NCBI RefSeq assembly: GCF_000009965.1
Contig: NC_006624.1
Span: forward strand, 1,170,001-1,202,000
Direction: 5' to 3'
Origin: Thermococcus kodakarensis KOD1
GTDB lineage: Archaea; Methanobacteriota_B; Thermococci; Thermococcales; Thermococcaceae
DNA length: 32,000 nt
The notes below the pieces were generated by a model. It worked only from the letters and a program-made list of their open reading frames with translations, did not search any database and was not told the origin of the DNA. Position numbers and translations under genes: made by a program. Of this stretch, positions 1 through 11,299 are shown one piece after another. The stretch's first letter is position 1, and every line of letters begins with the position of its first letter.

Positions 1-1834
<1,834 letters not shown>

Positions 1835-1894
1835 AATGAACACCTCCGTACATGAGTCCAAACTTGGACATCTAAAGGTTCACAACTTTAAGTG

Positions 1895-1922
1895 CTTATA
1901 AACCTGTTGTTAACCAAAGGTT
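1895..1922 (-). promoter_or_regulatory. sudBA promoter: TATA (TTTATAAG on minus strand, 1895-1902) with adjacent upstream SurR-type motif GTTn3AACn5GTT (1906-1922)
   Basis: Plus strand 1906-1922 reads GTTGTTAACCAAAGGTT, an exact match to the extended SurR consensus GTT-N3-AAC-N5-GTT known from Thermococcales. It sits just upstream of an A/T box about 65 nt before the sudB ATG. Confidence 0.4.
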
Positions 1923-2008
1923 TAGGACGGCGAAGGTTTTTCAGCCCGACGGAAGGATAATGGAAGAAACGTTTTTAATTGACCATGAGAAGTGGGCTGG
2001 GGGTACGT

Positions 2009-2215
2009 ATGAAGAAGGTTGCCTACACTTTCGCTGTAATAATGGCCGCCTTTGGCATGTTCCTTCCGCTGATCTATGGTGCAGTGCCAGCCCTCCAGAG
2101 GCTCCTGGGTGAGAACCCGCTCCTGAAATCGCTTGGAATATCGGTTATCTTCTGGGTTCTGGCATACGTTCTATTTGAGGAAGAAGAGAAGAGTGCCGAC
2201 TTCACAGCTTCCTGA
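2009..2215 (+). CDS. Small membrane protein (about 68 aa, two hydrophobic helices)
   Basis: ORF 1979..2215. The start at ATG 2009 (MKKVAYTFAVIMAAFGMFLPLIYG..) is preferred because a TTTTTAAT box lies at 1971-1978. The 3' end overlaps the trmI 3' end by 14 nt. No recognisable family. Confidence 0.4.
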   Translation: MKKVAYTFAVIMAAFGMFLPLIYGAVPALQRLLGENPLLKSLGISVIFWVLAYVLFEEEEKSADFTAS

Positions 2216-2963
2216 GGAAGGTTATGTAGCCCGTGTGTGCCAGCATCGTCGTCTTCGGCCTCATGCACTCTCTTTTGACTTCCTGCTCCCTAACGAGGAC
2301 TTCCACAACCCTTGGCCTCATGAACTCTCCTTTGAACTCTTCAAGCGCCCTGAAAAAGCGGTGCACCTGGTTCATGCATGGGGTATAGGCAACAAAATAT
2401 CCTCCCGGTCTGAGGACATCAACTGCATGCGGCAGGACGTTCTCAGGCTGGGGAAGGTCAAGGACTATGTGGTCGGCTTCTTTCTCATCTATCCCGTCGT
2501 AAATGCTCTTATTTTTCAGGACTACCCGATCGGAAAAGCCTGCTAACTCCACGTTCTTCTTTGCTATCTCGTAGAAGTCCTTTCTCACCTCGTAGCTTAT
2601 TACCTTTCCCGTCGGCCCAACAGCGTTTGCCAAGAATATTGTGAGCGCTCCGCTTCCTGCCCCTGCCTCGATGACCGTGTCGCCCGGTGAAATTCCAGCG
2701 TAGGCTATGATTATTCCAGCGTCCTTAGGGTGGACTATCTGGGGACCTCTTCTCATTTTTGCTATGATGTCGTTGATGTCCGGCTTGAGAGCCGTGAAAG
2801 TCTCCCCTCTGTGGCTCTGAATTTTAGCGCCGTAGGGCTTTCCTATAAGCTCGCCCAAGTTCAAGATGCCAAGGTCAGTGTGGAACTCTTTATCCTCAAC
2901 TTTCACAAGATACCGTTTCCCCCGTGGATCAACGAGAAGAACTCTATCTCCGACTGATATCAT
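2202..2963 (-). CDS. trmI: tRNA (adenine-N1)-methyltransferase, TrmI/Gcd14 family
   Basis: 253 aa. N-terminal beta domain (GDRVLLVDPRGKRYLVKV) followed by a class-I SAM methyltransferase with VIEAGAGSGALT and DHIVLDLPQP, the characteristic TrmI layout. ATGA overlap with the upstream ORF. Confidence 0.85.
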   Translation of the reverse strand: MISVGDRVLLVDPRGKRYLVKVEDKEFHTDLGILNLGELIGKPYGAKIQSHRGETFTALKPDINDIIAKMRRGPQIVHPKDAGIIIAYAGISPGDTVIEAGAGSGALTIFLANAVGPTGKVISYEVRKDFYEIAKKNVELAGFSDRVVLKNKSIYDGIDEKEADHIVLDLPQPENVLPHAVDVLRPGGYFVAYTPCMNQVHRFFRALEEFKGEFMRPRVVEVLVREQEVKRECMRPKTTMLAHTGYITFLRKL

Positions 2964-3574
2964 ATTCTCTCTCCTCCGGCCACGATAATCTTCCCCCCAG
3001 AAACCTCGGCAACTTTTGTGCTAAGCTCTTCGAGGATTCCAATGTGTGCCTCGTTTAGTATGCTGGTGTTAACGAAGCTGATAATGGCAAGATCTCCCGC
3101 CGGTATTGTACCAACTGCAGTCAATATTGATTTCAGGGCTTTTTCAGGATTGAAGTATATGTAATGGGAGAGTCCAAAGACCACTGCGTACTTGGGCTTC
3201 CGAGGAAGTCTGGAAATTCTGCTGAGTATGGAATGGTAATTCCTTAAGAAGTTCTGCGGCTCATACGTGGGGACTATGTCCTCAAGCACTTCACCGTACG
3301 AGGCTGCTCCAGGTCCGATTTTAATGATCTTTATTTCCCTTATAACGTCGAGGATTTTCGTATACTCAACCCCGCTGGTCTTTGCAAACTTTCTCATGAG
3401 TATGTCACCAATACCCCAGAAATCTATTGACACGATTCCGTGGTCGTGGATGGAAGGTATTATCTCACCCCACGCTATTTTCTCCACGGGTGCATTGGAA
3501 GAGTACTTGATTAAAACAATGTCACCCGGCACTATAGCCCTGATAAAGTCATGAAGTGCTCCTTCATTAGACAT
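2960..3574 (-). CDS. Conserved hypothetical protein (204 aa), co-transcribed with trmI
   Basis: Clean ORF with host-like codon usage and a 4-nt ATGA overlap with the trmI start. No catalytic motif recognised. Confidence 0.6.
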   Translation of the reverse strand: MSNEGALHDFIRAIVPGDIVLIKYSSNAPVEKIAWGEIIPSIHDHGIVSIDFWGIGDILMRKFAKTSGVEYTKILDVIREIKIIKIGPGAASYGEVLEDIVPTYEPQNFLRNYHSILSRISRLPRKPKYAVVFGLSHYIYFNPEKALKSILTAVGTIPAGDLAIISFVNTSILNEAHIGILEELSTKVAEVSGGKIIVAGGERI

Positions 3575-3633
3575 TATTTATCACCAGAAGGGTTTTTAAC
3601 GGCTCAACTTTTAAATCTTGCCGGGTGAAAGGA

Positions 3634-3960
3634 ATGAAGTTCGTAGTGTGGCCGAGCGAGATAGATTCGCGGTTGCCTCGAAAATACGGCAGGCTAGTTA
3701 AAAAAGAGGTCGCCCTTGAAGCCCCCACCCCAGAGGAAATACGCGATGCCGCTGAAATTCTCGGTATGAAGGTCATTGAGTTCGAACCTGAAAAGCTGAA
3801 TCCCAGACTGTCGGGCATCGATGAGGAGCTCAGGACAAAGGGAATGCTACGGATCGAGAGCCCATACCCCAAGGGCAAAAGTCTCAGAATGATTTGTGAG
3901 AAAATCAGAGAACTCAGGGCAAAGAAGCGCAAAGCCCACGGCAAGAGAAAGAAGAGGTAA
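3634..3960 (+). CDS. srp19: Signal recognition particle protein SRP19
   Basis: MKFVVWPSEIDSRLPRKYGRLV.. is the conserved archaeal SRP19 N-terminus; the protein is small with a basic C-terminal tail (KKRKAHGKRKKR). The start at 3634 is the 4th codon of the track ORF. Confidence 0.85.
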   Translation: MKFVVWPSEIDSRLPRKYGRLVKKEVALEAPTPEEIRDAAEILGMKVIEFEPEKLNPRLSGIDEELRTKGMLRIESPYPKGKSLRMICEKIRELRAKKRKAHGKRKKR

Positions 3961-4203
3961 TCACTCCTCTTCTGTCTCCACTACTATTGCAGTGGTTGTG
4001 TCGATAACGCCGTCAATGTTGTGTATGTCGTGGAGTATCTTTCTGGTCAGCTCGCCGAGGTCCTTGGCCTCGATGTGGACTATCGCATCGTAGGGGCCGG
4101 TGACGGCGTCTGCCTTCGTAACTCCCGGCATCTTCCTGAGAGCCTCTATAACGCTCTCGACCTTTCCAATTTCAACAGTAAGCAACACGTAGGCCCTAAC
4201 CAT
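3961..4203 (-). CDS. Stand-alone Lrp/AsnC-type ligand-binding (RAM) domain protein
   Basis: 80 aa, MVRAYVLLTVEIGKVESVIEALRKMPGVTKADAVTGPYDAIVHIEAKDLGEL.., the typical AsnC C-terminal domain pattern with no HTH. ATG 4203 is preceded by GAGGTGG. Confidence 0.75.
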   Translation of the reverse strand: MVRAYVLLTVEIGKVESVIEALRKMPGVTKADAVTGPYDAIVHIEAKDLGELTRKILHDIHNIDGVIDTTTAIVVETEEE

Positions 4204-4430
4204 GGGAACCACCTCGGAGTTTTACGATATTATTTCAACGGGCGTTAATTTAAGCTTTTCGTACAAAGTTCCGGTCGGGTTTTCTAAAGTCCCCCAACAT
4301 AGAACTAATAATTCCGAATTAAGCATTGACTTCTGGTTCTTCAGGCAAACGTCAACGGACCTCCAAATAGAACGCTCAGGCGGTAGGCATATAAAACCAC
4401 TTTCCTCACTCCATCGGGATGTGAGAGGAG

Positions 4431-7400
4431 ATGAAGGTTGATGAGCTTCCCATTGACGAGAGGATAAAACGCGTCATAAAGGAGAGAGGGATCGAGGAGC
4501 TTTACCCACCCCAGGCAGAGGCGCTGAAGAGCGGCGTTCTTGAGGGGAAGAATCTAGTGTTAGCTATTCCAACGGCGAGCGGAAAGACCCTCGTGAGCGA
4601 GATAGTGATGGTTAACAAACTTCTGAGCGAGGGTGGGAAAGCCGTCTATCTGGTTCCCCTTAAGGCACTGGCGGAAGAGAAATACCGTGAGTTCAAGGAG
4701 TGGGAAGTTCTTGGCCTCAGGGTTGCTGCAACGACAGGAGACTACGATTCAACCGACGAATGGCTCGGAAGGTACGACATAATAGTGGCCACAGCCGAGA
4801 AGTTCGACTCCCTCTTGAGGCACGGGGCGAGCTGGATCAAGGACGTTAAGCTGGTAGTTGCCGATGAAGTCCACCTCATAGGCTCCTACGACAGGGGCGC
4901 GACGCTTGAGATGATACTCACCCACATGCTTGGAAAGGCCCAGATTTTGGCCTTAAGTGCCACCGTCGGAAATGCTGAAGAGCTCGCGGAGTGGCTGGAC
5001 GCTTCTCTTGTTGTGAGCGATTGGCGCCCGGTGGAGCTGAGGAAAGGTGTCTTCCACCTCGGCCAGCTCTTCTGGGAAGATGGGAAAATCGACCACTACC
5101 CCGAGAACTGGGAAAGTCTCGTACTGGACGCCGTAAAGAAGGGAAAGCAGGCCTTAGTTTTCGTCAACACGCGCAGGAGTGCCGAGAAGGAGGCAATCTC
5201 GCTTTCATCCAAAGTTTCAAAGCTCCTCACAAAACCCGAGACCAGAAGGCTTGAGGAGCTGATCTCCTCCATAGAGGACAACCCAACCACTGAAAAGCTC
5301 AAGAGGGCGCTGAAGGGCGGGGTTGCCTTCCATCACGCCGGCCTGAGTAGGGCAGAGAGGACGCTGATAGAGGACGCCTTCAGGAACGGCTTGATAAAGG
5401 TGATAACGGCGACGCCGACGCTCTGCATGCATCCCGATACATATGTGGTCACCAAAAGCGGTGCAAAAAAGGTCTCAGAGCTGACTGAAGGCGACGAAGT
5501 CTTGACGCACACTGGGACGTTTAAGAAGGTGATCCAACCTCTGAGAAGGGAGCACAAGGGAAGACTCCTTGTTATAAAGGCCTACGGGACAGTTCCAGTT
5601 AAGATCACTCCTGAGCACATGGTCTGGGTGGTAAAACAGATACGGCACAAGTCCCACTACTCCGACGGAAGGCAGGTTATATGGTGGGAGTTCGAGGGGC
5701 CCGAGTGGATGACCGCCCAGGAGCTGAAGGAGAGGCTTGAATCTGAGACTGACCCAAAGGTTTCCTACATGCTTCTCCAGCCGATTCCAGAGCCCTCTGT
5801 TGATGCGGACAAAATTCCCCTGAGAAAGGAAGTCTACGTTGTCAACCAGCACGGAAAAACGGACAAGCTCCATCCTTCCGTAAAGAGGACGCCCGAATAC
5901 CTCCCACTGAACTTTGAAACTGCCCGCCTAATCGGCCTGTGGATAGCCGAGGGTTCTACCTCAAAGAATGGTGTGATAAAGTTCGACATCAGCTCCAACG
6001 AGGAAGATCTTACAGAGTTCATAACCGGAACGATACGGAAATATTTCCCTCACGCCAAAATAGTTGTCAAAGACCACGAAAGAAACCGGCGGACTGTGAG
6101 GTTCTGCAACAAGCGCTTTGCAGAGTGGCTTCGCGAGAATATAGGACATGGGGCGGACAACAAGTCAATACCGCCACTCCTCCTTTTGAACAAGAACAGA
6201 GAGGTAAGGTTGGGGCTTCTTAGGGGGCTAATTGAGGGCGATGGATACGTGAGGAGAGAGTCCCAGAGGAGAGCCAACTACATATCATACTCCACTGTCT
6301 CCCCTTCCCTCGCCTACCAGCTCCAGCTCCTTGTGGCATCACTTGGATACACTTCCTCGATCCACAGGAGCATAAGAACTGAGGGCATAGGCAAGACCAG
6401 GAAACCAATCTACGACGTAAAGGTCAGCGGAAAAAGCTACTACTCCCTCCTTGAAGAGCTTGGGTTCGAAGTCCCCCAAAGGGGAAACAGGACGTACAAC
6501 GTCAACAGGACTTGGAAGAACTACCTCCTCTTAAAAGTCCGCTCCATTGAAGAAGAAGAGTACGAAGGAGACGTCTACAACCTTGAGGTTGAAGGGGACG
6601 AGAGCTACAGCGTCGGCTTCATCGTTCACAACTCGGCTGGGATAAATCTCCCTGCATTCCGCGTAATAATCCGCGATACGAAGAGATACGCCAACTTCGG
6701 CTGGACTGACATTCCCGTTTTAGAGATACAGCAGATGATGGGAAGGGCCGGAAGGCCGAAGTACGACAAGGTCGGTGAGGCCATCATCGTCGCGAGAACC
6801 GAAGACCCCAAGAAGTTAATTGACAGGTACATCCATGGAAAACCCGAGAAGCTCTTCTCGATGCTGGCCAACGAGCAGGCCTTCAGGAGCCAGGTTTTAG
6901 CTTTGATAACCAACTTCGGCGTCGAGGACTTTAGAGAGCTGGTTGACTTCCTTTCAAGGACTTTCTACGCCCACCAGAGGGGTGATACTTCATCGCTCGA
7001 GTACAAGGCCAAGGACATCGTCTACTTCCTCATAGAGAACGAGTTCATAGACATGGATGTGGAGAACCGCTTCATAGCCCTCCCCTTCGGAAGGAGAACT
7101 TCCCAGCTCTACATAGATCCACTCACGGCGAAGAAGTTCAAAGATGCTTTTCCAGCTATCGAGAGAAATCCGAACCCCTTCGGCATATTCCAGCTCCTCG
7201 CATCAACCCCGGACATGGCCACTCTAACGGCCAGAAGGCGGGAGATGGAGGACTATCTCGATCTGGCCTACGAAATGGAAGAGCATCTGTACTCAAGCAT
7301 CCCCTACTACGAGGACTCTCGCTTCCAGGGGTTCCTGGGGCAAGTGAAAACGGCTAAAGTCCTTCTCGACTGGATAAACGAAGTCCCAGAGGCTAGGATA

Positions 7401-7808
7401 TACGAGACCTACAACATAGACCCCGGCGATCTCTACAGAATCCTTGAGCTTGCGGACTGGCTGATGTACTCCCTCATCGAGCTCTACAAGCTCTTCGAGC
7501 CAAAGGAAGACGTCCTTCAGTACCTCCGCGACCTCCACCTCCGCCTGAGGCACGGTGTAAGGGAGGAGCTCCTTGAGCTGGTTAAGCTGCCCAACATTGG
7601 ACGGAGAAGGGCGAGGGCGCTCTACAACGCCGGTTTCAGGAGCGTTGAGGACATACTGAGGGCTAAGCCGAAGGATCTCCTCCAGGTTGAGGGAATCGGT
7701 CTGAAAATCATTGAGGGGATTTACAGACACCTCGGTGTCGAGTACACTATCTCAGAAAAGGAGAAGCCAAAGAAGAGGAAGGGAAACCTCTACGACTTCC
7801 TCAAATAG
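4431..7808 (+). CDS. hel308: Hel308/Hjm (Ski2-like) DNA helicase, interrupted by an intein
   Basis: Walker A AIPTASGKT, DEVH box VADEVH, SAT, QMMGRAGRP (motif VI) and a C-terminal helix-hairpin-helix-like LPNIGRRRARALYNAGF. 1125 aa in total: a 722-aa extein plus a 403-aa intein. TATA-like ATATAAAA at about 4389. Confidence 0.9.
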   Translation: MKVDELPIDERIKRVIKERGIEELYPPQAEALKSGVLEGKNLVLAIPTASGKTLVSEIVMVNKLLSEGGKAVYLVPLKALAEEKYREFKEWEVLGLRVAATTGDYDSTDEWLGRYDIIVATAEKFDSLLRHGASWIKDVKLVVADEVHLIGSYDRGATLEMILTHMLGKAQILALSATVGNAEELAEWLDASLVVSDWRPVELRKGVFHLGQLFWEDGKIDHYPENWESLVLDAVKKGKQALVFVNTRRSAEKEAISLSSKVSKLLTKPETRRLEELISSIEDNPTTEKLKRALKGGVAFHHAGLSRAERTLIEDAFRNGLIKVITATPTLCMHPDTYVVTKSGAKKVSELTEGDEVLTHTGTFKKVIQPLRREHKGRLLVIKAYGTVPVKITPEHMVWVVKQIRHKSHYSDGRQVIWWEFEGPEWMTAQELKERLESETDPKVSYMLLQPIPEPSVDADKIPLRKEVYVVNQHGKTDKLHPSVKRTPEYLPLNFETARLIGLWIAEGSTSKNGVIKFDISSNEEDLTEFITGTIRKYFPHAKIVVKDHERNRRTVRFCNKRFAEWLRENIGHGADNKSIPPLLLLNKNREVRLGLLRGLIEGDGYVRRESQRRANYISYSTVSPSLAYQLQLLVASLGYTSSIHRSIRTEGIGKTRKPIYDVKVSGKSYYSLLEELGFEVPQRGNRTYNVNRTWKNYLLLKVRSIEEEEYEGDVYNLEVEGDESYSVGFIVHNSAGINLPAFRVIIRDTKRYANFGWTDIPVLEIQQMMGRAGRPKYDKVGEAIIVARTEDPKKLIDRYIHGKPEKLFSMLANEQAFRSQVLALITNFGVEDFRELVDFLSRTFYAHQRGDTSSLEYKAKDIVYFLIENEFIDMDVENRFIALPFGRRTSQLYIDPLTAKKFKDAFPAIERNPNPFGIFQLLASTPDMATLTARRREMEDYLDLAYEMEEHLYSSIPYYEDSRFQGFLGQVKTAKVLLDWINEVPEARIYETYNIDPGDLYRILELADWLMYSLIELYKLFEPKEDVLQYLRDLHLRLRHGVREELLELVKLPNIGRRRARALYNAGFRSVEDILRAKPKDLLQVEGIGLKIIEGIYRHLGVEYTISEKEKPKKRKGNLYDFLK
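5424..6632 (+). mobile_element. Intein (403 aa) with LAGLIDADG homing-endonuclease domain, inserted in helicase motif V (ATPTL/SAGINLPA)
   Basis: The extein junction reads VITATPTL|CMHPD...GFIVHN|SAGINLPA. Features present: Cys1, block B TPEH, two LAGLIDADG motifs (LIGLWIAEGS, LLRGLIEGDGYV), terminal HN, and +1 Ser. Removing it restores the canonical ATPTLSAGINLPA. Confidence 0.85.
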
Positions 7809-8148
7809 CCTCTCCTTCTTTTCCCCTAATGGCGAGCAGATTGAAAATGTTCCTCCCGGGTTCAAAACCGTTCTCGACTGCCCTGTTGTATAGCTTTCCT
7901 CCTGTTCTCTGGCCTAGGAAATAGGCCAGGACAAAGATGAGGATGAACGGAATTCCCGAGGCATTCCAGCTCAGCCCCGCGAGCCTTCTCAAGACTATCA
8001 CAAGTGGGACGGGGAGATGCACTGCCAGCGCCCACTCCAGCCTGCTTCCACTTCTCTTCGCGTGTGTCCTCCAGAAGCCGAACGGGATGTTTACGAGGAA
8101 CGTAATTATCAGGCCAGCAATGAACCATATCATGTTCATAGATACCAC
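7801..8148 (-). CDS. Hypothetical integral membrane protein (115 aa or less; 3 predicted helices)
   Basis: Hydrophobic segments IWFIAGLIITFLVNIPFGFW, WALAVHLPVPLVIVL and IPFILIFVLAYFLG. The start is ambiguous (8148, 8139 or 8133). Confidence 0.6.
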   Translation of the reverse strand: MVSMNMIWFIAGLIITFLVNIPFGFWRTHAKRSGSRLEWALAVHLPVPLVIVLRRLAGLSWNASGIPFILIFVLAYFLGQRTGGKLYNRAVENGFEPGRNIFNLLAIRGKEGEAI

Positions 8149-8242
8149 CTTTCCAGTTTTTAAACTGAACCTTAAAAAATTTTGTCCACCTAACTACCCA
8201 TCAGGTTTTTAAGCGGGTTTCCAGCTACTTCGGGTGGGCGCG

Positions 8243-8800
8243 ATGATAGTCATAGTCACTGGAATGCCTGGTTCTGGAAAGAGTAAAATCGTAAAGGAGT
8301 TTGAGAAGAGAGGTTTTCCAAGCGTTTCTCTCGGGGACATCGTCAGGGAGGAAACCCTAAAGCGCGGTCTTGAGCTTACCAAGGAGAACGTTGCCAAGGT
8401 CAGCATACGGTTGAGGCAGGAACTCGGGCAGAACGCCGTTGCAAAGCTCGCCGTCGAGAAAGTGAGAGCGCTTTTAAAAGGTTCGCAGGTCGTCGTTATA
8501 GACGGCGTCCGCTCCCTTGATGAGGTGGGGACCTTTAGGGGGGCTTTTCCGGAAGAGAACATCATTATAGTTGCAGTCCACACACCACCGAGGCAGCGCT
8601 TTGAGAGGCTCAAAGCTAGGGGCAGACACGACGACCCGCAGACCTGGGAGGACTTTGAGGAGAGGGACTGGAAGGAGCTCCGCTTTGGCATCGGAGGAGT
8701 TATAGCGATGGCCGACTACATGCTGGTGAACAACGGCTCCAGAGAAGAGTACGAAGCTGAAGTGAAAAAGCTCGTTGATGAAATTATCTCGAAGCTTTGA
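8243..8800 (+). CDS. P-loop nucleotide/nucleoside kinase-like protein (archaeal UPF0200-type)
   Basis: [17 protein letters not shown] (Walker A at the extreme N-terminus) and VVIDGVRS (Walker B-like), about 185 aa. This arrangement is remembered for the UPF0200 family and is usually followed by UPF0201. Confidence 0.7.
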   Translation: MIVIVTGMPGSGKSKIVKEFEKRGFPSVSLGDIVREETLKRGLELTKENVAKVSIRLRQELGQNAVAKLAVEKVRALLKGSQVVVIDGVRSLDEVGTFRGAFPEENIIIVAVHTPPRQRFERLKARGRHDDPQTWEDFEERDWKELRFGIGGVIAMADYMLVNNGSREEYEAEVKKLVDEIISKL

Positions 8801-8843
8801 GAAGCTTTTTAATCCCCTTCCCCAATCCAGGCAGGGTGAGACC

Positions 8844-9260
8844 ATGAGCGAGCTGTTTGAGGAAGTTGAGGTTGAGGCTTATGTTTACCCGACGGAGGAT
8901 ATTGAGAAAGTTAAGAAGGCGATGCTGAACCTTATCCCAGATTTGGAGTTCGAGGCCTTTGACAGGGGGGACTATATAATCCTCACCGCGAAGACTAGGA
9001 GCAGGAAGGCCCTCAGCAGGCTCTATGAACTCTTCAGGGGGCAGGCGATACTTGATACTGCGAGGAGCTTCCTTGAGGAGGGCTACTTCGGCGAGGAGAT
9101 TATCATCAAGGTGAACAAGCAGGCCGCTTATGCAGGTGTCGTGAACTTCAACGAGGAAAGCCCGCTCGGCCCGATAACGATAATCATAAGGACGAAAGAC
9201 CCGCAGAGGCTTATGAAGTGGCTCGCGCCGAGGACTAAGGATGGCGTTCCGATAGAGTGA
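8844..9260 (+). CDS. UPF0201-type small protein (predicted RNA-binding, COG1931-like)
   Basis: 138 aa from ATG 8844, with GGGTGAG upstream; the track start at 8775 overlaps the previous gene. [32 protein letters not shown].. resembles the UPF0201 family. The family call is from memory. Confidence 0.6.
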   Translation: MSELFEEVEVEAYVYPTEDIEKVKKAMLNLIPDLEFEAFDRGDYIILTAKTRSRKALSRLYELFRGQAILDTARSFLEEGYFGEEIIIKVNKQAAYAGVVNFNEESPLGPITIIIRTKDPQRLMKWLAPRTKDGVPIE

Positions 9261-9272
9261 AAAAGAAAGAGA

Positions 9273-10544
9273 TTACCTCCTCTTCTTCCCCCAGCTTATC
9301 TTTGCCGTCAGAACCTTTTCGCTTGAGAAGACCCTCGCCGTCAGGTAGAGGGTTATGAGTGCCACCACTGCAAGGTAAGCGACGCTGAATAGCATTGGGG
9401 CGTACTCGCCGGTTATGGCGTACCTGTAGGCCGCTATCGGGTGGGTGAACGGAATCGCCAGCAGCCCGTAGCGGGCAAAGACCGGAAGCTGGGAGAGGTC
9501 AACGAACATCAGCAGGAAGGCCGGAAAGGCCAGCGGCAGGATAACCGAACTTACAACCGTGTTGGCGCTCTGAACGTCCTCAGCGTAAACAGCTAGTAGC
9601 ATAGCTAGAGAGAGCGCGAAGACTATCGTTAGGAACACCACGAGAGCGAATAGGAGCATCCCTTCGGGAGTAACCCCAAGGCCAAGGTCGCTTAGGCTTA
9701 TCCCCGTCTCGGTCTGGAAGGTTCCGAGATAGCTTCTCAAACCGACCATGTAAGCTAAAGCCGCAATGAGGCCCATAACCGCCGTCCCAGTTATCTTCGA
9801 CGCCACTATCGTTGTTCTCTTCACCGGAAGGGTCAGCAGAGTCTCCAAGGTTTTGTTCTCCTTCTCGGCCGCCACCGCTCCAGCCGACATCTGGGCGGTT
9901 ATTGTGACCATCAGGAACACTATGAGTGGAAGGCTGGTGGACTGGGAGGCGAGGACGGACGAAACGAGTGAGGGTGAAACGTCCACCACCCTGCCGCGAA
10001 TAACCGACCTGCTGACGGCTTCAATGGGCTTCAAAACGGCATCGGGGTTCTCAAAGCCCGCGTTCTTTATTTTTATCTTTGCAAGCTCTTCTGAAAGCAC
10101 GTCAAGGACAACCTTTATCCTAGCCTCGCTGACGCTCTCTCTGATTCCCGTTCCGATGGTGTTGAATATGCCGTATATCTCCACCTCAGCCTTCTGGTTG
10201 TTTTCTATCGCCGTGCTGAAGTTGTGTGGGATAACGACAAGGACGTTTTGTTCCATGGCCGAGGCTTTTTCGAGGGCTTCTTCTGGCGAGGACGCGCTTA
10301 TAACGGTGACCGTCACGTTTGGAGTAACGTTGAGGGCCCGTATCAAGAGCTCGCCGTACTTTCCGTCGTCGAAGTTGGCTATCGCGACGTGGGTTTCCTT
10401 CTGAGCCTGTTCTATCCCAACCTGCATCATTTTTCCTAGAGCAGGATAAAGCACGAGGGGAACAATGATTAGGCCGAAGAGGAGCTTCTTGTCCCTGATG
10501 AGGTTCATTATCTCCTTCTTAGCCAGCACCCAGAAGTCGCTCAT
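9273..10544 (-). CDS. ABC-2 type transporter permease (NatB-like, large extracytoplasmic loop plus C-terminal 5-6 TM)
   Basis: 423 aa. One N-terminal TM helix, a soluble loop of about 170 aa, then a multi-TM block. 4-nt overlap with the upstream ATPase gene. Confidence 0.8.
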   Translation of the reverse strand: MSDFWVLAKKEIMNLIRDKKLLFGLIIVPLVLYPALGKMMQVGIEQAQKETHVAIANFDDGKYGELLIRALNVTPNVTVTVISASSPEEALEKASAMEQNVLVVIPHNFSTAIENNQKAEVEIYGIFNTIGTGIRESVSEARIKVVLDVLSEELAKIKIKNAGFENPDAVLKPIEAVSRSVIRGRVVDVSPSLVSSVLASQSTSLPLIVFLMVTITAQMSAGAVAAEKENKTLETLLTLPVKRTTIVASKITGTAVMGLIAALAYMVGLRSYLGTFQTETGISLSDLGLGVTPEGMLLFALVVFLTIVFALSLAMLLAVYAEDVQSANTVVSSVILPLAFPAFLLMFVDLSQLPVFARYGLLAIPFTHPIAAYRYAITGEYAPMLFSVAYLAVVALITLYLTARVFSSEKVLTAKISWGKKRR

Positions 10545-11299
10545 GAACCTTCACCTCCAACTGGCTCTGGAATCTCGACGCCAACTGCCCTCATGAAGAC
10601 CTCCTCGAGGTTCTCGGCGTCGTACTTCTCCTTCAGCTCGGCTGGAGTTCCTGACTCGACTATCCTTCCCTCGTTTATCAGGGCGACTCTGTCGCAGAGG
10701 AACTCGACTTCGAGCATATTGTGGCTTGAGACAAGGAAGGTAACGCCCTCCTCCCTGGCGAAGCTCTTTATCGTCTTCCTTATCGTGTAGGCGTTGACTA
10801 TGTCTAGGCCGCTCGCTGGCTCGTCGAGGATGGCCAACTTCGGCATGACCATGAGCGCTCTCGCGAGGAGAAGCTTCCTCGTCATTCCCTTGGAGTACGT
10901 CGAGACCTTGTCCCTGAGTCTGTCTCCGAGGCCTGCTATCTGGACTCCACGCTTGACCATCTCTTCCGCTTTCTTCTCGTCCTTCGCGTAGAGCCTCGCC
11001 ATAAAGCGGAGGTACTCAAGTCCGGTCAGGTTCTTGTAGGCTCCCGCCTCCTCGGGCAGGTAGCTTATCAGCGCCCTTACTTCCTCCGCTTCCTCAACGA
11101 CGTCGTGGCCAAAGACTTCCGCTTTTCCACCGGTGGGGCGGAGAAGTGTGGCAAGTATCTTGAGCGTGGTGCTCTTCCCAGCGCCGTTTGGGCCTATGAG
11201 TCCGAATATTTCCCCTTCTTTAATCTCGAAACTTATCCCCTTCAGGGCCTTGACCTTTCCGTAGTCCTTTTCAAGGCCCTCAACGAGGACTGCCTTCAT
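10541..11299 (-). CDS. ABC transporter ATP-binding protein
   Basis: Walker A GPNGAGKST, Q-loop, signature-like YSKGMTRKL, Walker B LAILDEPASGLD and H-loop SSHNM. Confidence 0.9.
   Translation of the reverse strand: MKAVLVEGLEKDYGKVKALKGISFEIKEGEIFGLIGPNGAGKSTTLKILATLLRPTGGKAEVFGHDVVEEAEEVRALISYLPEEAGAYKNLTGLEYLRFMARLYAKDEKKAEEMVKRGVQIAGLGDRLRDKVSTYSKGMTRKLLLARALMVMPKLAILDEPASGLDIVNAYTIRKTIKSFAREEGVTFLVSSHNMLEVEFLCDRVALINEGRIVESGTPAELKEKYDAENLEEVFMRAVGVEIPEPVGGEGS

Noticed and set aside
8209-10439. Antisense ORFs over the kinase and ABC permease genes (8209..8691 minus, 8474..8845 minus, 9766..10404 plus, 10224..10439 plus)
   Set aside because: The opposite-strand genes have a Walker A motif or a consistent multi-TM architecture with operon coupling. 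The antisense translations are S/T/R-rich with no motifs.
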